From NCBI GenBank assembly GCA_964016885.1, contig OZ024742.1, forward strand, positions 377,456,001 through 377,520,000: a DNA stretch of 64,000 bases, written 5' to 3'. The translations under genes and the position numbers were made by a program. Positions 18,001 through 37,868 of this stretch are shown piece after piece. The notes below the pieces were generated by a model. The model made no database searches, was not told the origin of the DNA, and worked only from the letters and a program-made list of their open reading frames with translations. The stretch's first letter is position 1. Every line of letters starts with the position of its first letter. This DNA is from Eledone cirrhosa. Lineage: Eukaryota.

Positions 18001-21000
18001 TATTATATATAAACATAACTGTAACTAGATATAATATATCAACATAACTGTAACTAAATATTATATATCAACATAACTGTAACTATATATTATATATCAA
18101 CATAGCTGTAACTATATATTATATATCAAAATAACTGTAACTATATATTATATTATATATCAACATAACTGTAGCTATATATTATATATCAACTTAACTG
18201 TAACTACATATTATATATCAACATAACTGCAACTGTATATTATATTATATATCAACATAACTGTAACTATATATTATATATCAACATTATTGTAACTATA
18301 TATTACATATAAACTTAACTGTAATTATATATTATATTATATATCAACCTAATTGTAACTATATATTATATTATATATCCACATAACTGTAACTATATAT
18401 TATATTATATATCAACATAACTGTAACCATATATTATATATCAACGTAACTGTAACTATATATTATATATCAACTTAACTGTAATTATATATTATATTAT
18501 ATATCAACCTAATTGTAACTATATATAAAATTATATATCAACATAACTGTAACTATATAATATATATATATATCAACATAACTGTAACTATATATTATAT
18601 ATGAACATAACTGTAACTATATATTATATTACATATCAACATAACTGTAACTATATATTATATATTAACATAACTATATATTATATTATATATCAACATA
18701 ACTGTAACTATATATTATATTATATATCAACATAACTGTAACTATATATTATATATCAACATAACTGTAACTACATATTATATTATATATCAACATAACT
18801 GTAACCATATATTATATATCAACATAATTGTAACTATATATTATATATCAACATAACTGTAACTATATATTATATATCAACATAACTGTACCTATATATT
18901 ATATTATATATCAACATAATTGTAACAATATATTATATATCAACATAATTGTAACTATATATTATATATACACATAACTGTAACTATATATTATATATCA
19001 ACATAACTGTACCTATATATTATATTATATATCAACATAACTGTAACCATACATTATATATCAACATAACTGTAACTATATATTATATATCAACATAACT
19101 GTAACTAAATATTATATATCAAGATAACTGTAACTATATATTATATATCAACATAGCTGTAACTATATATTATATATCAAAATAACTGTAACTATATGTT
19201 ATATTATATATCAACATAAATGTAACTATATATTATATATCAACTTAACTGTAACTACATATTATATATCAACATAACTGTAACTATATATTATATTATA
19301 TATCAACATAACTGTAACTATATATTATATATCATCATAACTGTAACTATATATTATATTGTATATCAACATAACTGTAACTATATATTATATTATATAT
19401 CAACATAACTGTAACTATATATTATATATAAACATAACTGTAACTAGATATAATATATCAACATAACTGTAACTATATATTATATTATATATCAACATAA
19501 CTGTAACTATATATTATATTATATATCAACATAACTGTAACTAAATATTATATATCAACATAACTGTAACTATATATTATATATCAAAATAACTGTAAGT
19601 ATATATTATATTATATATCAACATAACTGTAACTATATATTATATATCAACTTAACTGTAACTACATATTATATATCAACATAACTGTAACTATATATTA
19701 TATTATATATCAACATAATTGTAACTATATATTAAATATCAACATAAATGTAACAATATATTATATTCTATATCAACATAACTGTAACCATATATTTTAT
19801 ATCAACTTAACTGTAACTATATATTATATATCAACATAACTGTAACTATATATTATATTATATATCAACATAACTGTAACTATATAACATATATCAACAT
19901 AACTGTAACTATATATTGTATTATATATCAACATAACTGTAACCATATATTATATATTAACATAAATGTAACTATATATTATATATCAAAATAACTGTAA
20001 CTATATATTATATTATATATCAACATAACTGTAACTATATATTATATTATATATCAACATAACTGTAACTAAATATTATATATCAACATAACTGTAACTA
20101 TATATTATATATCAACATAACTGTAACTATATATTATATTATATATCAACATAACTGTAACTATATATTATATATCAACATAACTGTAACTATATATTAC
20201 ATATCAATATAGCTGTAACTATATATTATATATCAACTTAACTGTAACTATATATTATATATCAACATAACTGTAACTATATATTATATTATATATCAAC
20301 ATAACTGTTACTATATATTATATTATATATCAACATAACTGTAACTATATATTATATTATATATCAACATAACTGTAACTATATATTATATATCAACATA
20401 ACTGTAACTATATATTATATATCAACATAACTGTAACTATATGTTATATTATATATCATCATAACTGTAACTATATATTATATATCAACATAACTGTAAC
20501 TATATATTATATATCAACATAGCTGTAACTATATATTATATATCAACATAACTGTAACTATATATTATATTATATATCAACATAACTGTAACTATATATT
20601 ATATTATATATCACGTAGATGTAACTATATATTATATTATATATCAACATAGCTGTAAATATATATTATATATCAACATAACTGTAACTATATATTATAT
20701 ATCAACTTAACTGTAATTATATATTATATTATATATCAACCTAATTGTAACTATATATAAAATTATATATCAACATAACTGTAACTATATAATATATATA
20801 TATATCAACATAACTGTAACTATATAATATATATATATATCAACATAACTGTAACTATATATTATATATGAACATAACTGTAACTATATATTATATTATA
20901 TATCAACATAACTGTAACTATATATTATATTATATATCAACATAACTGTAACTATATATTATATATCAACATAACTGTAACTACATATTATATTATATAT

Positions 21001-24000
21001 CAACATAACTGTAACCATATATTATATATCAACATAATTGTAACTATATATTATATATCAACATAACTGTAACTATATATTATATATCAACATAACTGTA
21101 CCTATATATTATATTATATATCAACATAACTGTAACAATATATTATATATCAACATAATTGTAACTATATATTATATATACACATAACTGTAACTATATA
21201 TTATATATCAACATAACTGTACCTATATATTATATTATATATCAACATAACTGTAACCATACATTATATATCAACATAACTGTAACTATATATTATATAT
21301 CAACATAACTGTAACTATATATTATATATTAACATAACTGTAACTATATATTATATTATATATCAACATAACTGTAACTAAATATTATATATCAACATAA
21401 CTGTAACTATATATTATATATCAACATAGCTGTAACTATATATTATATATCAAAATAACTGTAACTATATGTTATATTATATATCAACATAAATGTAACT
21501 ATATATTATATATCAACTTAACTGTAACTACATATTATATATCAACATAACTGTAACTATATATTATATTATATATCAACATAACTGTAACTATATATTA
21601 TATATCATCATAACTGTAACTATATATTATATTGTATATCAACATAACTGTAACTATATATTATATTATATATCAACATAACTGTAACTATATATTATAT
21701 ATAAACATAACTGTAACTAGATATAATATATCAACATAACTGTAACTATATATTATATTATATATCAACATAACTGTAACTATATATTATATTATATATC
21801 AACATAACTGTAACTAAATATTATATATCAACATAACTGTAACTATATATTATATATCAAAATAACTGTAAGTATATATTATATTATATATCAACATAAC
21901 TGTAACTATATATTATATATCAACTTAACTGTAACTACATATTATATATCAACATAACTGTAACTATATATTATATTATATATCAACATAATTGTAACTA
22001 TATATTAAATATCAACATAAATGTAACAATATATTATATTCTATATCAACATAACTGTAACCATATATTTTATATCAACTTAACTGTAACTATATATTAT
22101 ATATCAACATAACTGTAACTATATATTATATTATATATCAACATAACTGTAACTATATATTATATATCAACATAACTGTAACTATATATTGTATTATATA
22201 TCAACATAACTGTAACCATATATTATATATTAACATAAATGTAACTATATATTATATATCAAAATAACTGTAACTATATATTATATTATATATCAACATA
22301 ACTGTAACTATATATTATATTATATATCAACATAACTGTAACTAAATATTATATATCAACATAACTGTAACTATATATTATATATCAACATAACTGTAAC
22401 TATATATTATATTATATATCAACATAACTGTAACTATATATTATATATCAACATAACTGTAACTATATATTACATATCAATATAGCTGTAACTATATATT
22501 ATATATCAACATAACTGTAACTATATATTATATTATATATCAACATAACTGTAACTATATATTATATTATATATCAACATAACTGTTACTATATATTATA
22601 TTATATATCAACATAACTATAACTATATATTATATTATATATCAACATAACTGTAACTATATATTATATATCAACATAACTGTAACTATATATTATATAT
22701 CAACATAACTGTAACTATATGTTATATTATATATCATCATAACTGTAACTATATATTATATATCAACATAACTGTAACTATATATTATATATCAACATAG
22801 CTGTAACTATATATTATATATCAACATAACTGTAACTATATATTATATTATATATCAACATAACTGTAACTATATATTATATTATATATCACGTAGATGT
22901 AACTATATATTATATTATATATCAACATAGCTGTAAATATATATTATATATCAACATAACTGTAACTATATATTATATATCAAAATAGCAGTAACTATAT
23001 ATCATATTATAAATTAACATAACTGTAACTATATATTATATATCAACATAGCTGTAACTATATATTATATTATATATTAACATAACTGTAACTATATATT
23101 ATATTATATATCAACATAACTGTAACTATATATTATATATCAACATAGCTCTAACTATATATTATATTATAAATTAACATAACTGTAACTATATATTATA
23201 TTATATATCAACATAGTTGTAACTATATATTATATATCAACATAGCTGTAACTATATATTATACATCAACATATCTGTAACCATATATTATATATTAACA
23301 TAAGTGTAACTATGTATTATATATTAACTTAACAGTAACTATATAATATATATCAACATAACTGCAACTGTATATTATATTATATATCAACATAACTGTA
23401 ACTATATATTATATATCAACATTATTGTAACTATATATTATATATAAACATAACTGTAACTATATATTATATTATATATCCACATAACTGTAACTATATA
23501 TTATATTATATATCAACATAACTGTAACCATATATTATATATCAACATAACTGTAACTATATATTATATATCAACTTAACTGTAATTATATATTATATTA
23601 TATATCAACCTAATTGTAACTATATATAATATTATATATCAACATAACTGTAACTATATAATATATATATATATCAACATAACTGTAACTATATGTTATA
23701 TATGAACATAACTGTAACTATATATTATATTATATATCAACATAACTGTAACTATATATTATATATTAACATAACTGTAACTCTATATTATATATCAACA
23801 TAACTGTAACTATATATTATATTATATATCAACATAATTGTAACTATATATTATATATCAACATAACTGTAACTATATATTATATTATATATCAACATAA
23901 CTGTAACTATATATTATATATCAACATAACTGTAACTACATATTATATTATATATGAACATAACTGTAACCATATATTATATATCAACATAATTGTAACT

Positions 24001-27000
24001 ATATATTATATATCAACATAACTGTAACTATATATTATATATCAACATAACTGTACCTATATATTATATTATATATCAACATAACTGTAACCATATATTA
24101 TATATCAACATAATTGTAACTATATATTATATATACACATAACTGTAACTATATATTATATATCAACATAACTGTACCTATATATTATATTATATATCAA
24201 CATAACTGTAACCATACATTATATATCAACATAACTGTAACTATGTATTATATATCAACATAACTGTAACTATATATTATATATTAACATAACTGTAACT
24301 ATATATTATATTATATATCAACATAACTGTAACTAAATATTATATATCAACATAACTGTAACTATATATTATATATCAACATAGCTGTAACTATATATTA
24401 TATATCAAAATAACTGTAACTATTTGTTATATTATATATCAACATAAATGTAACTATATATTATATATCAACTTAACTGTAACTACATATTATATATCAA
24501 CTTAACTGTAACTATATATTATATTATATATCAACATAACTGTAAGTATATATTATATATCATCATAACTGTAACTATATATTATATTGTATATCAACAT
24601 AACTGTAACTATATATTATATTATATATCAACATAACTGTAACTATATATTATATATAAACATAACTGTAACTAGATATAATATATCAACATAGCTGTAA
24701 CTATATATTATATATCAACATAACTGTAACTATATATTATATTATATATCACATAGCTGTAACTATATATTATATTATATATCAACATATCTGTAACTAT
24801 ATATTATATATCAACATAACTGTAACTATATATTATATATCAAAATAGCTGTAACTATATGTTATTTAAATTAACATAACTGTAACTATAAATTAGATAT
24901 CAACATAGCTGTAACTATATATTATATAATATATCAACATAGCTGTAACTATATATTATATTATATATTAACATAACTGTCACTATATGTTATATATCAA
25001 CATAGCTGTAACTATATATTATATTATAAATTAACATAATGTGTAACTATATATTATATTATATATTAACATAACTGTAACTATATATTATATATCAACA
25101 TAGCTGTAACTAGATATTATATTATAAATTAACATAACTGTCACTATATATTATATTATATATCAACATAGCTGTAACTATATATTATATATCAACATAA
25201 CTGTAACTATATATTATATTATATATCAACATAGCTGTAACTATATATTATATTATATATCAACATAACTGTAACTATATATTATATATCAAAATAGCTG
25301 TAACTATATATTATATTATAAATTAACATAACTGTAACTATATATTATATTATATATCAACATAGCTGTAACTATATATTATATATCAACATAACTGTAA
25401 CTATATATTATATTATATATCAACATAGCTGAAACTATATATTATATTATATATCAAAATAACTGTAACTATATATTATATATTAACATAGCTGTAACTA
25501 TATATTATATATCAACATAGCTGTAACTATATATTATATTATAAATTAACATAACTGTAACTATATATTATATTATATATTAACATAGCTGTAACTATAT
25601 ATTATATTATATATCAACATAACTGTAGCCATATATTATATTATATATTAACATAGCTGTAACTATATATTATATTATAAATTAACATAACTGTAACAAT
25701 ATTTTATATATCAACATAACTGTAACTATATATATTATTATATATCAACATAGCTGTAACTATATATTATATTATATATTAACATAGCTGTAACTATATA
25801 TTATATTATAAATTAACATAACTGTAACCATATATTATATATCATCATAGCTGTAACTATATATTATATATCAACATAGCTGTAACTATATATTATATTA
25901 TATATCAACATAACTGTAAATATATATTATATTATATATTAACATAGCTGTAATTATATATTATATTATATATCAACATAGCTGTAAATATATATTATAT
26001 ATCAACATAACTGTAACTATATATTATATATCAACATAAATGTCACTATATATTATATTATATATCAACATAACTGTAACTATATATTATATATCAACAT
26101 AGCTGTAACTATATATTATATTATAAATTAACATAACTATAACTATATATTATATTATATATCATCATAACTGTAACTATATAATATATATCAACATAGC
26201 TGTAACTATATATTATATTATAAATTAACATAACTGTAACTATATATTATATTATATATCAACATAGCTGTAACTATATATTATATATCAACATAACTGT
26301 AACTATATATTATATTATATATCTACATAGCTGTAAGTATATATTATATATCAACATAAATGTAACTATATATTATATTATATATCAACATAGCTGTAAC
26401 TATATATTATATATTAACATAGCTGTAACTATATATTATATTATATATTAACATAGCTGTAACTATATATTATATATCAACACAGCTGTAACTATATATT
26501 ATATTATTTATCAACATAGCTCTAACTATATAATATATTATATATTAACATGGCTGTAACTATATATTATATTATAAATTAACATAACTGTAACTATATA
26601 TTATATATCAACATAGCTGTAACTATATATTATATTATATATCAATATAGCTGTAATTATATATTATATTATATATTAACATAACAGTAACTATATATTA
26701 TATATCAACATAGCTGTACCTATATGTTATATTATATATCAACATAGCTGTAACTATATATTATATTATAAATTGACATAACTGTAACTATATATTATAT
26801 ATCAACATAGCTGCAACTATATATTATATATCAACATAGCTGTAACTATATATTATATATCAACATAGCTGTACCTATATATTATATTATATATCAACAT
26901 AGCTGTAACTATATATTATATTATAAATTAACATAACTGTAACTATATATTATATATCAACATAACTGTAACTATATATTATATTATATATTAACATGGC

Positions 27001-30000
27001 TGTAACTATATATTATATTATAAATTAACATAACTGTAACAATATATTATATATCAACATAACTGTAACTATATATTATATTATATATCAACATAGCTGT
27101 AAATATATATTATATATCAACATAACTGTAACTATATATTATATATCAACATAACTGTAACTATATATTATATATCAACATAACTGTAACTATATATTAT
27201 ATTATAGATCAACATAACTGTAACTATATGTTATATATCAACATAGCTGTAACTATATATTATATTATAAATTAACATAACTGTAACTATATATTATATT
27301 ATATATCAACATAACTGTAACTATATATTATATATCAACATAGCTGTAACTATATATTATATTATACATTAACTTAACTGTAACTATATATTATATTATA
27401 TATCAACATAGCTGTAACTATATATTATATATCAACATAACTGTAACTATATATTATATTATATATCAACATAGCTGTAACTATATATTATATATCAACA
27501 TAAATGTAACTATATATTATATTATATATTAACATAGCTGTAACTATATATTATATTATATATCAACATAGCTGTAACTATATATTATATTATATTATAT
27601 ATCAACATAACTGTAACTATATATTATATATCAAAATAGCTGTAACTATATATTATATTATAAATTAACTTAACTGTAACTATATATTATACATCAACAT
27701 AGCTGTAACTATATATTATATTATATATTAACATAACTGTAACTATATATTATATATCAACATAGCTGTAACTATATATAATATTATAAATTAACATAAT
27801 CTGTAACTATATATTATATTATATATCCACATAACTGTAACTATATATTATATATCAACATAGCTGTAACTCTATATTATATTATAAATTAACATAACTG
27901 TAACTATATATTATATTATATATCAACATAGCTGTAACTATATATTATATTATATATCAACATACCTGTAACTATATATTATATTATATATCAATATAAC
28001 TGTAACAATATATTATATTTTATATCAACATAACTGTAACTATATATTATATATTAACATAGCTGTAACTATATATTATATATCAACATAACTGTAACTA
28101 CATATTATATATTAACATAGCGGTAACTATATATTATATTATGAATTAACATAACTGTAACTATATATTATATATCAACATAACTGTAACTATATATTAT
28201 ATAACAACATAACTGTAACTATATATTATATTATATATCAACATAGCTGTAACTATATATTATATATCAACATAACTGTAACTATATATTATATTATATA
28301 TCTACATAGTTGTAAGTTTATATTATATATCAACATAAATGTTACTATATATTATATTATATATCAACATAGCTGTAACTATATATTATATATTAACATA
28401 GCTGTAACTATATATTATATTATATATTAACATAGCTGTAACTATATATTATATATCAACACAGCTGTAACTATATATTATATTATTTATCAACATAGCT
28501 GTAACTATATAATATATTATATATTAATATGGCTGTAACTATATATTATATTATAAATTAACATAACTGTAACTATATATTATATATCAACATAGCTGTA
28601 ACTATATATTATATTATATATCAACATAGCTGTAATTATATATTATATTATATATTAACATAACAGTAACTATATATTATATATCAACATAGCTGTACCT
28701 ATATATTATATTACATATCAACATAGCTGTAACTATATATTATATTATAAATTAACATAACTGTAACTATATATTATATATCAACATAGCTGCAACTATA
28801 TATTATATATCAACATAGCTGTAACTATATATTATATATCAACATAGCTGTACCTATATATTATATTATATATCAACATAGCTGTAACTATATATTATAT
28901 TATAAATTAACATAACTGTAAATATATATTATATATCAACATAACTGTAACTATATATTATATTATATATTAACATAGCTGTAACAATATATTATATTAT
29001 AAATTAACATAACTGTAACAATATATTATATATCAACATAACTGTAACTATATATTATATTATATGTCAACATAGCTGTAAATATATATTATATATCAAC
29101 ATAACTGTAACTATATATTATATATCAACATAACTGTAACTATATATTATATATCAACATAACTGTAACTATATATTATATTATATATCAACATAACTGT
29201 AACTATATGTTATATATCAACATAGCTGTAACTATATATTATATTATAAATTAACATAACTGTAACTATGTATTATATTATATATCAACATAACTGTAAC
29301 TATATATTATATATCAACATAGCTGTAACTATATATTATATTATAAATTAACTTAACTGTAACTATATATTATATTATATATCAACATAGCTGTAACTAT
29401 ATATTATATATCAACATAACTGTAACTATATATTATATTATATATCAACATAGCTGTAACTATATATTATATATCAACATAAATGTAACTATATATTATA
29501 TTATATATCAACATAGCTGTAACTATATATTATATTATATATCAACATAGCTGTAACTATATATTATATTATATTATATATCAACATAACTGTAACTATA
29601 TATTATATATCAAAATAGCTGTAACTATATATTATATTATAAATTAACTTAACTGTAACTATATATTATACATCAACATAGCTGTAACTATATATTATAT
29701 TATATATTAACATAACTGTAACTATATATTAATATCAACATAGCTGTAACTATATATAACATTATAAATTAACATAATCTGTAACTATATATTATATTAT
29801 ATATCAACATAACTGTAACTATATATTATATATCAACATAGCTGTAATTCTATATTATATTATAAATTAACATAACTGTAACTATATATTATATTATACA
29901 TCAACATAGCTGTAACTATATATTATATTATATATTAACATAACTGTAACTATATATTATATATCAACATAGCTGTAACTATATATTATATTATATATCA

Positions 30001-33000
30001 ACATAGCTGTAACTATATATTATATTATATATCAACATAGCTGTAACTATATATTATATTATATATCAATATAACTGTAACAATATATTATATTATATAT
30101 CAACATAACTGTAACTATATATTATATATTAACATAGCTGTAACTATATATTATATATCAACATAACTGTAACTACATATTATATATTAACATAGCGGTA
30201 ACTATATATTATATTATGAATTAACATAACTGTAACTATATATTATATATCAACATAACTGTAACTATATATTATATAACAACATAACTGTCACTATATA
30301 TTATATTATATATCAACATAACTGTAACTATATATTATATTATATATCAACATAACTGTAACTATATATTATATATCAACATAGCTGTAACTATATATTA
30401 TATTATAAATTAACATAACTGTAACTATATATTATATATCAACATAACTGTAACTATATATTATATTATATATTAACATGGCTGTAACTATATATTATAT
30501 TATAAATTAACATAACTGTAACAATATATTATATATCAACATAACTGTAACTATATATTATATTATATATCAACATAGCTGTAAATATATATTATATATC
30601 AACATAACTGTAACTATATATTATATATCAACATAACTGTAACTATATATTATATATCAACATAACTGTAACTATATATTATATTATATATCAACATAAC
30701 TGTAACTATATGTTATATATCAACATAGCTGTAACTATATATTATATTATAAATTAACATAACTGTAACTATATATTATATTATATATCAACATAACTGT
30801 AACTATATATTATATATCAACATAGCTGTAACTATATATTATATTATAAATTAACTTAACTGTAACTATATATTATATTATATATCAACATAGCTGTAAC
30901 TATATATTATATATCAACATAACTGTAACTATATATTATATTATATATCAACATAGCTGTAACTATATATTATATATCAACATAAATGTAACTATATATT
31001 ATATTATATATCAACATAGCTGTAACTATATATTATATTATATATCAACATAGCTGTAACTATATATTATATTATATTATATATCAACATAACTGTAACT
31101 ATATATTATATATCAAAATAGCTGTAACTATATATTATATTATAAATTAACTTAACTGTAACTATATATTATACATCAACATAGCTGTAACTATATATTA
31201 TATTATATATTAACATAACTGTAACTATATATTATATATCAACATAGCTGTAACTATATATAATATTATAAATTAATATAATCTGTAACTATATATTATA
31301 TTATATATCAACATAACTGTAACTATATATTATATATCAACATAGCTGTAACTCTATATTATATTATAAATTAACATAACTGTAACTATATATTATATTA
31401 TATATCAACATAGCTGTAACTATATATTATATTATATATCAACATAGCTGTAACTATATATTATATTATATATCAATATAACTGTAACAATATATTATAT
31501 TATATATCAACATAACTGTAACTATATATTATATATTAACATAGCTGTAACTATATATTATATATCAACATAACTGTAACTACATATTATATATTAACAT
31601 AGCGGTAACTATATATTATATTATGAATTAACATAACTGTAACTATATATTATATATCAACATAACTGTAACTATATATTATATAACAACATAACTGTAA
31701 CTATATATTATATTATATATCAACATAGCTGTAACTATATATTATATATCAACATAACTGTAACTATATATTATATTATATATCTACATAGCTGTAAGTT
31801 TATATTATATATCAACATAAATGTTACTATATATTATATTATATATCAACATAGCTGTAACTATATATTATATATTAACATAGCTGTAACTATATATTAT
31901 ATTATATATTAACATAGCTGTAACTATATATTATATATCAACACAGCTGTAACTATATATTATATTATTTATCAACATAGCTGTAACTATATAATATATT
32001 ATATATTAATATGGCTGTAACTATATATTATATTATAAATTAACATAACTGTAACTATATATTATATATCAACATAGCTGTAACTATATATTATATTATA
32101 TATCAACATAGCTGTAATTATATATTATATTATATATTAACATAACAGTAACTATATATTATATATCAACATAGCTGTACCTATATATTATATTATATAT
32201 CAACATAGCTGTAACTATATATTATATTATAAATTAACATAACTGTAACTATATATTATATATCAACATAGCTGCAACTATATATTATATATCAAGATAG
32301 CTGTAACTATATATTATATATCAACATAGCTGTACCTATATATTATATTATATATCAACATAGCTGTAACTATATATTATATTATAAATTAACATAACTG
32401 TAACTATATATTATATATCAACATAACTGTAACTATATATTATATTATATATTAACATAGCTGTAACAATATATTATATTATAAATTAACATAACTGTAA
32501 CAATATATTATATATCAACATAACTGTAACTATATATTATATTATATGTCAACATAGCTGTAAATATATATTATATATCAACATAACTGTAACTATATAT
32601 TATATATCAACATAACTGTAACTATATATTATATATCAACATAACTGTAACTATATATTATATTATATATCAACATAACTGTAACTATATGTTATATATC
32701 AACATAGCTGTAACTATATATTATATTATAAATTAACATAACTGTAACTATATATTATATTATATATCAACATAACTGAAACTATATATTATATATCAAC
32801 ATAGCTGTAACTATATATTATATTATAAATTAACTTAACTGTAACTATATATTATATTATATATCAACATAGCTGTAACTATATATTATATATCAACATA
32901 ACTGTAACTATATATTATATTATATATCAACATAGCTGTAACTATATATTATATATCAACATAAATGTAACTCTATATTATATTATATATCAACATAGCT

Positions 33001-36000
33001 GTAACTATATATTATATTATATATCAACATAGCTGTAACTATATATTATATTATATTATATATCAACATAACTGTAACTATATATTATATATCAAAATAG
33101 CTGTAACTATATATTATATTATAAATTAACTTAACTGTAACTATATATTATACATCAACATAGCTGTAACTATATATTATATTATATATTAACATAACTG
33201 TAACTATATATTATATATCAACATAGCTGTAACTATATATAATATTATAAATTAACATAATCTGTAACTATATATTATATTATATATCAACATAACTGTA
33301 ACTATATATTATATATCAACATAGCTGTAATTCTATATTATATTATAAATTAACATAACTGTAACTATATATTATATTATACATCAACATAGCTGTAACT
33401 ATATATTATATTATATATTAACATAACTGTAACTATATATTATATATCAACATAGCTGTAACTATATATTATATTATATATCAACATAGCTGTAACTATA
33501 TATTATATTATATATCAACATAGCTGTAACTATATATTATATTATATATCAATATAACTGTAACAATATATTATATTATATATCAACATAACTGTAACTA
33601 TATATTATATATTAACATAGCTGTAACTATATATTATATATCAACATAACTGTAACTACATATTATATATTAACATAGCGGTAACTATATATTATATTAT
33701 GAATTAACATAACTGTAACTATATATTATATATCAACATAACTGTAACTATATATTATATAACAACATAACTGTAACTATATATTATATTATATATCAAC
33801 ATAACTGTAACTATATATTATATTATATATCAACATAACTGTAACTATATATTATATATCAACATAGCTGTAACTATATATTATATTATAAATTAACATA
33901 ACTGTAACTATATATTATATTATATATCAACATAACTGTAATTATATATTATATATCAACATAGCTGTAACTATATATTATATTATAAATTAACATAACT
34001 GTAACTATATATTATATTATATATCAACATAGCTGTAACTATATATTATATAACAACATAACTGTAACTATATATTATATTATATATCACAAAGCTGTAA
34101 CTATATATTATATTATATATCTACATATCTGTAACTATATATTATATATCAACATAACTGTAACTATATATTATATATCAAAATAGCTGTAACTATATAT
34201 TATATTATAAATTAACATAACTGTAACTATATATTATATATCAACATAGCTGTAACTATATATTATATTATAAATTAACATAATGTGTAACTATATATTA
34301 TATTATATATTATATTATATATTACCATAACTGTAACTATATATTATATATCAACATAGCTGTAACTATATATTATATTATAAATTAACATAACTGTAAC
34401 TATATATTATATTATATATCAACATAGCTGTAACTATATATTATATATCAACATAACTGTAACTATATATTATATTATATATCAACATAGTGTTAACTAT
34501 ATATTATATTATATATCAACATAGCTGTAACTATATATTATATTGTATATCAACATAAATGTAACTATATATTATATACCAACATAGCTGTAACTATATA
34601 TTATATTATAAATTAACATAACTGTAACTATATATTATATTATATATCAACATAGCTGTAACTATATATTATATTATATATCAAAATAGCTGTAACTATA
34701 TATTATATTATATATCAAAATAACTGTAACTATATATTATATATTAACATAGCTGTAACTATATATTATATATCAACATAGCTGTAACTATATATTATAT
34801 ATTAATATAGCTGTAACTATATATTATATTATATATTAACATAGCTGTAACTATATATTATATTATATATCAAAATAGGTGTAACTATATATTATATTAT
34901 ATATTAACCTAGCTGTAACTATATATTATATATCAACACAGCTGTAACTATATATTATATTATATATCAACATAGCTGTAACTATATATTATATTATATA
35001 TTAACATAGCTGTAACTATATATTATATTATAAATTAACATAACTGTAACTATATATTACATATCAACATAGCTGTAACTATATATTATATTATATATCA
35101 ACATAGCTGTAACTATATATTATATTATATATTATCATAGCTGTAACTATATATTATATATCAACATAGCTGTACCTATATATTATATTACATATCAACA
35201 TAGCTGTAACTATATATTACATATCAACATAACTGTAACTATATATTATATTATATATCAACATAGCTGTAAATATATATTATATATCAACATAACTGTA
35301 ACTATATATTATATATCAACATAACTGTCAGTATATATTATATTATATATCAACATAACTGTAACTACATATTATATATCAACATAGCTGTAACTATATA
35401 TTATATTATAAATTAACATAACTGTAACTATATATTATATTATATATCAACATAAGTGTAACTATAAATTATATATCAACATAGCTGTAAATATATATTA
35501 TATATCAACATAACTGTAACTATATATTATATTATATATCTACATAGCTGTAACTATATATTATATATCAACATAAATGTAACTGTATATTATATTATAT
35601 ATCAACATAGCTGTAACTATATATTATATTATATATCAACATAGCTGTAACTATATATTATATTATATATCAACATAGCTGTAACTATATATTATATTAT
35701 ATTATATATCAACATAACTGTAACTATATATTATATATCAAAATAGCTGTAACTATATATTATATTATAAATTAACTTAACTGTAACTATATATTATATA
35801 TCAACATAGCTGTAACTATATATTATATTATAAATTAACATAACTGTAACTATATATTATATTATATATCAACATAGCTGTAACTATATATAATATTATA
35901 TATCAACATAGCTGTAACTATATATTATATTATATATCAAAATAACTGTAACTATATATTATATATTAACATAGCTGTAACTATATATTATATATTAACA

Positions 36001-37868
36001 TAGCTGTAACTATATATTATATTATGAATTAACATAACTGTAACTATATATTATATATCAACATAGCTGTAACTATATATTATATATCAACATAGCTGTA
36101 ACTATATATTATATGATATATTAACATAGCTGTAACTATATATTATATTATATATCAACATAGCTGTAACTATATATTATATTATATATTAACATAGCTG
36201 TAACTATATATTATATATCAACACAGCTGTAATTATATATTATATTCTATATCAACATAGCTGTAACTATATATTATATATCAACATAGCTGTAGATATA
36301 TATTATATATCAACATAACTGTAACTATATATTATATTATATATTAACATAGCTGTAACTATATATTATAATATAAATTAACATAACTGTAACAATATAT
36401 TATATATCAACATAACTGTAACTATATATTATATTATATATAAACATAGCTGTAAATATATATTATATATCAACATAACTGTAACTATATATTATATATC
36501 AACATAACTGTCACTATATATTATATTATATATCAACATAACTGTAACTATATATTATATATCAACATAGCTGTAACTATATATTATATTATAAATTAAC
36601 ATAACTGTAACTATATATTATATTATATATCAACATAACTGTAACTATATATTATATATTAACATAGCTGTAACTATATATTATATATCAACATAGCTGT
36701 AACTATATATTATATATTAACATAGCGGTAACTATATATTATATTATGAATTAACATAACTGTAACTATATATTATATATCAACATAGCTGTAACTATAT
36801 ATTATATAACAACATAACTGTAACTATATATTATATATCAACATAGCTGTAACTATATATTATATTATGAATTAACATAACTGTAACTATATATTATGTT
36901 ATATATCAACATAACTGTAACTATATATTATATATCAACATAGCTGTAACTGTATATTATATATCAACATAACTGTAACTATATATTATATTATATATCA
37001 CATAGCTGTAACTATATATTATATTATACATCAACATATCTGTAACTATATATTATATATCAACATAACTGTAACTATATGTTATATTATATATCAACAT
37101 AGCTGTAACTATATATTATATTATATTATATATCAACATAACTGTAACTATATATTATATATCAAAATAGCTGTAACTATATATTATATTATAAATTAAC
37201 TAAACTGTAACTATTTATTATATATCAACATAGCTGTAACTATATATTATATTATATATTAACATAACTGTAACTATATATTATATATCAACATAGCTGT
37301 GACTATATATGATATTATAAATTAACATATTGTGTAACTATATATTATATTATATATCAACATAACTGTAACTATATATTATATATCAACATAGCTGTAA
37401 CTATATATAATATTATAAATTTACATAGCTGTAACTATATATTATATTATATATCAACATAGCTGTAACTATATATTATATTATATATCAACATAACTAT
37501 ATATTATATTATATATCAACATAACTGTAACTATATATTATATATTAACATAGCTGTAACTATATATTATATATCAACATAGCTGAAACTATATATTATA
37601 TATTAACATAGCGGTAACTATATATTATATTATGAATTAACATAACTGTAACTATATATTATACATCAACATAGCTGTAACTATATATTATATAACAACA
37701 TAACTGTAACTATATATTATATATCAACATAACTGTAACTATATATTATATATGAACATAACTGTAACTATATATATTATATAACAACATAACTGTAACT
37801 ATAAATTATATATCAACATAGCTGTAACTATATATTATCTATCAACATAGCTGTAACTATATATTATA
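1..37868. repeat. AT-rich satellite array, 29-bp monomer TCAACATAACTGTAACTATATATTATATA interspersed with 34-bp (+ATTAT) and rarer 28/39-bp variants; open at the window start
   Basis: Continuous tandem repeat; the register slips 1 nt per 30 nt (e.g. 721-830), giving period 29. Consensus is 5/29 GC. No ORFs in the track. Confidence 0.98.
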
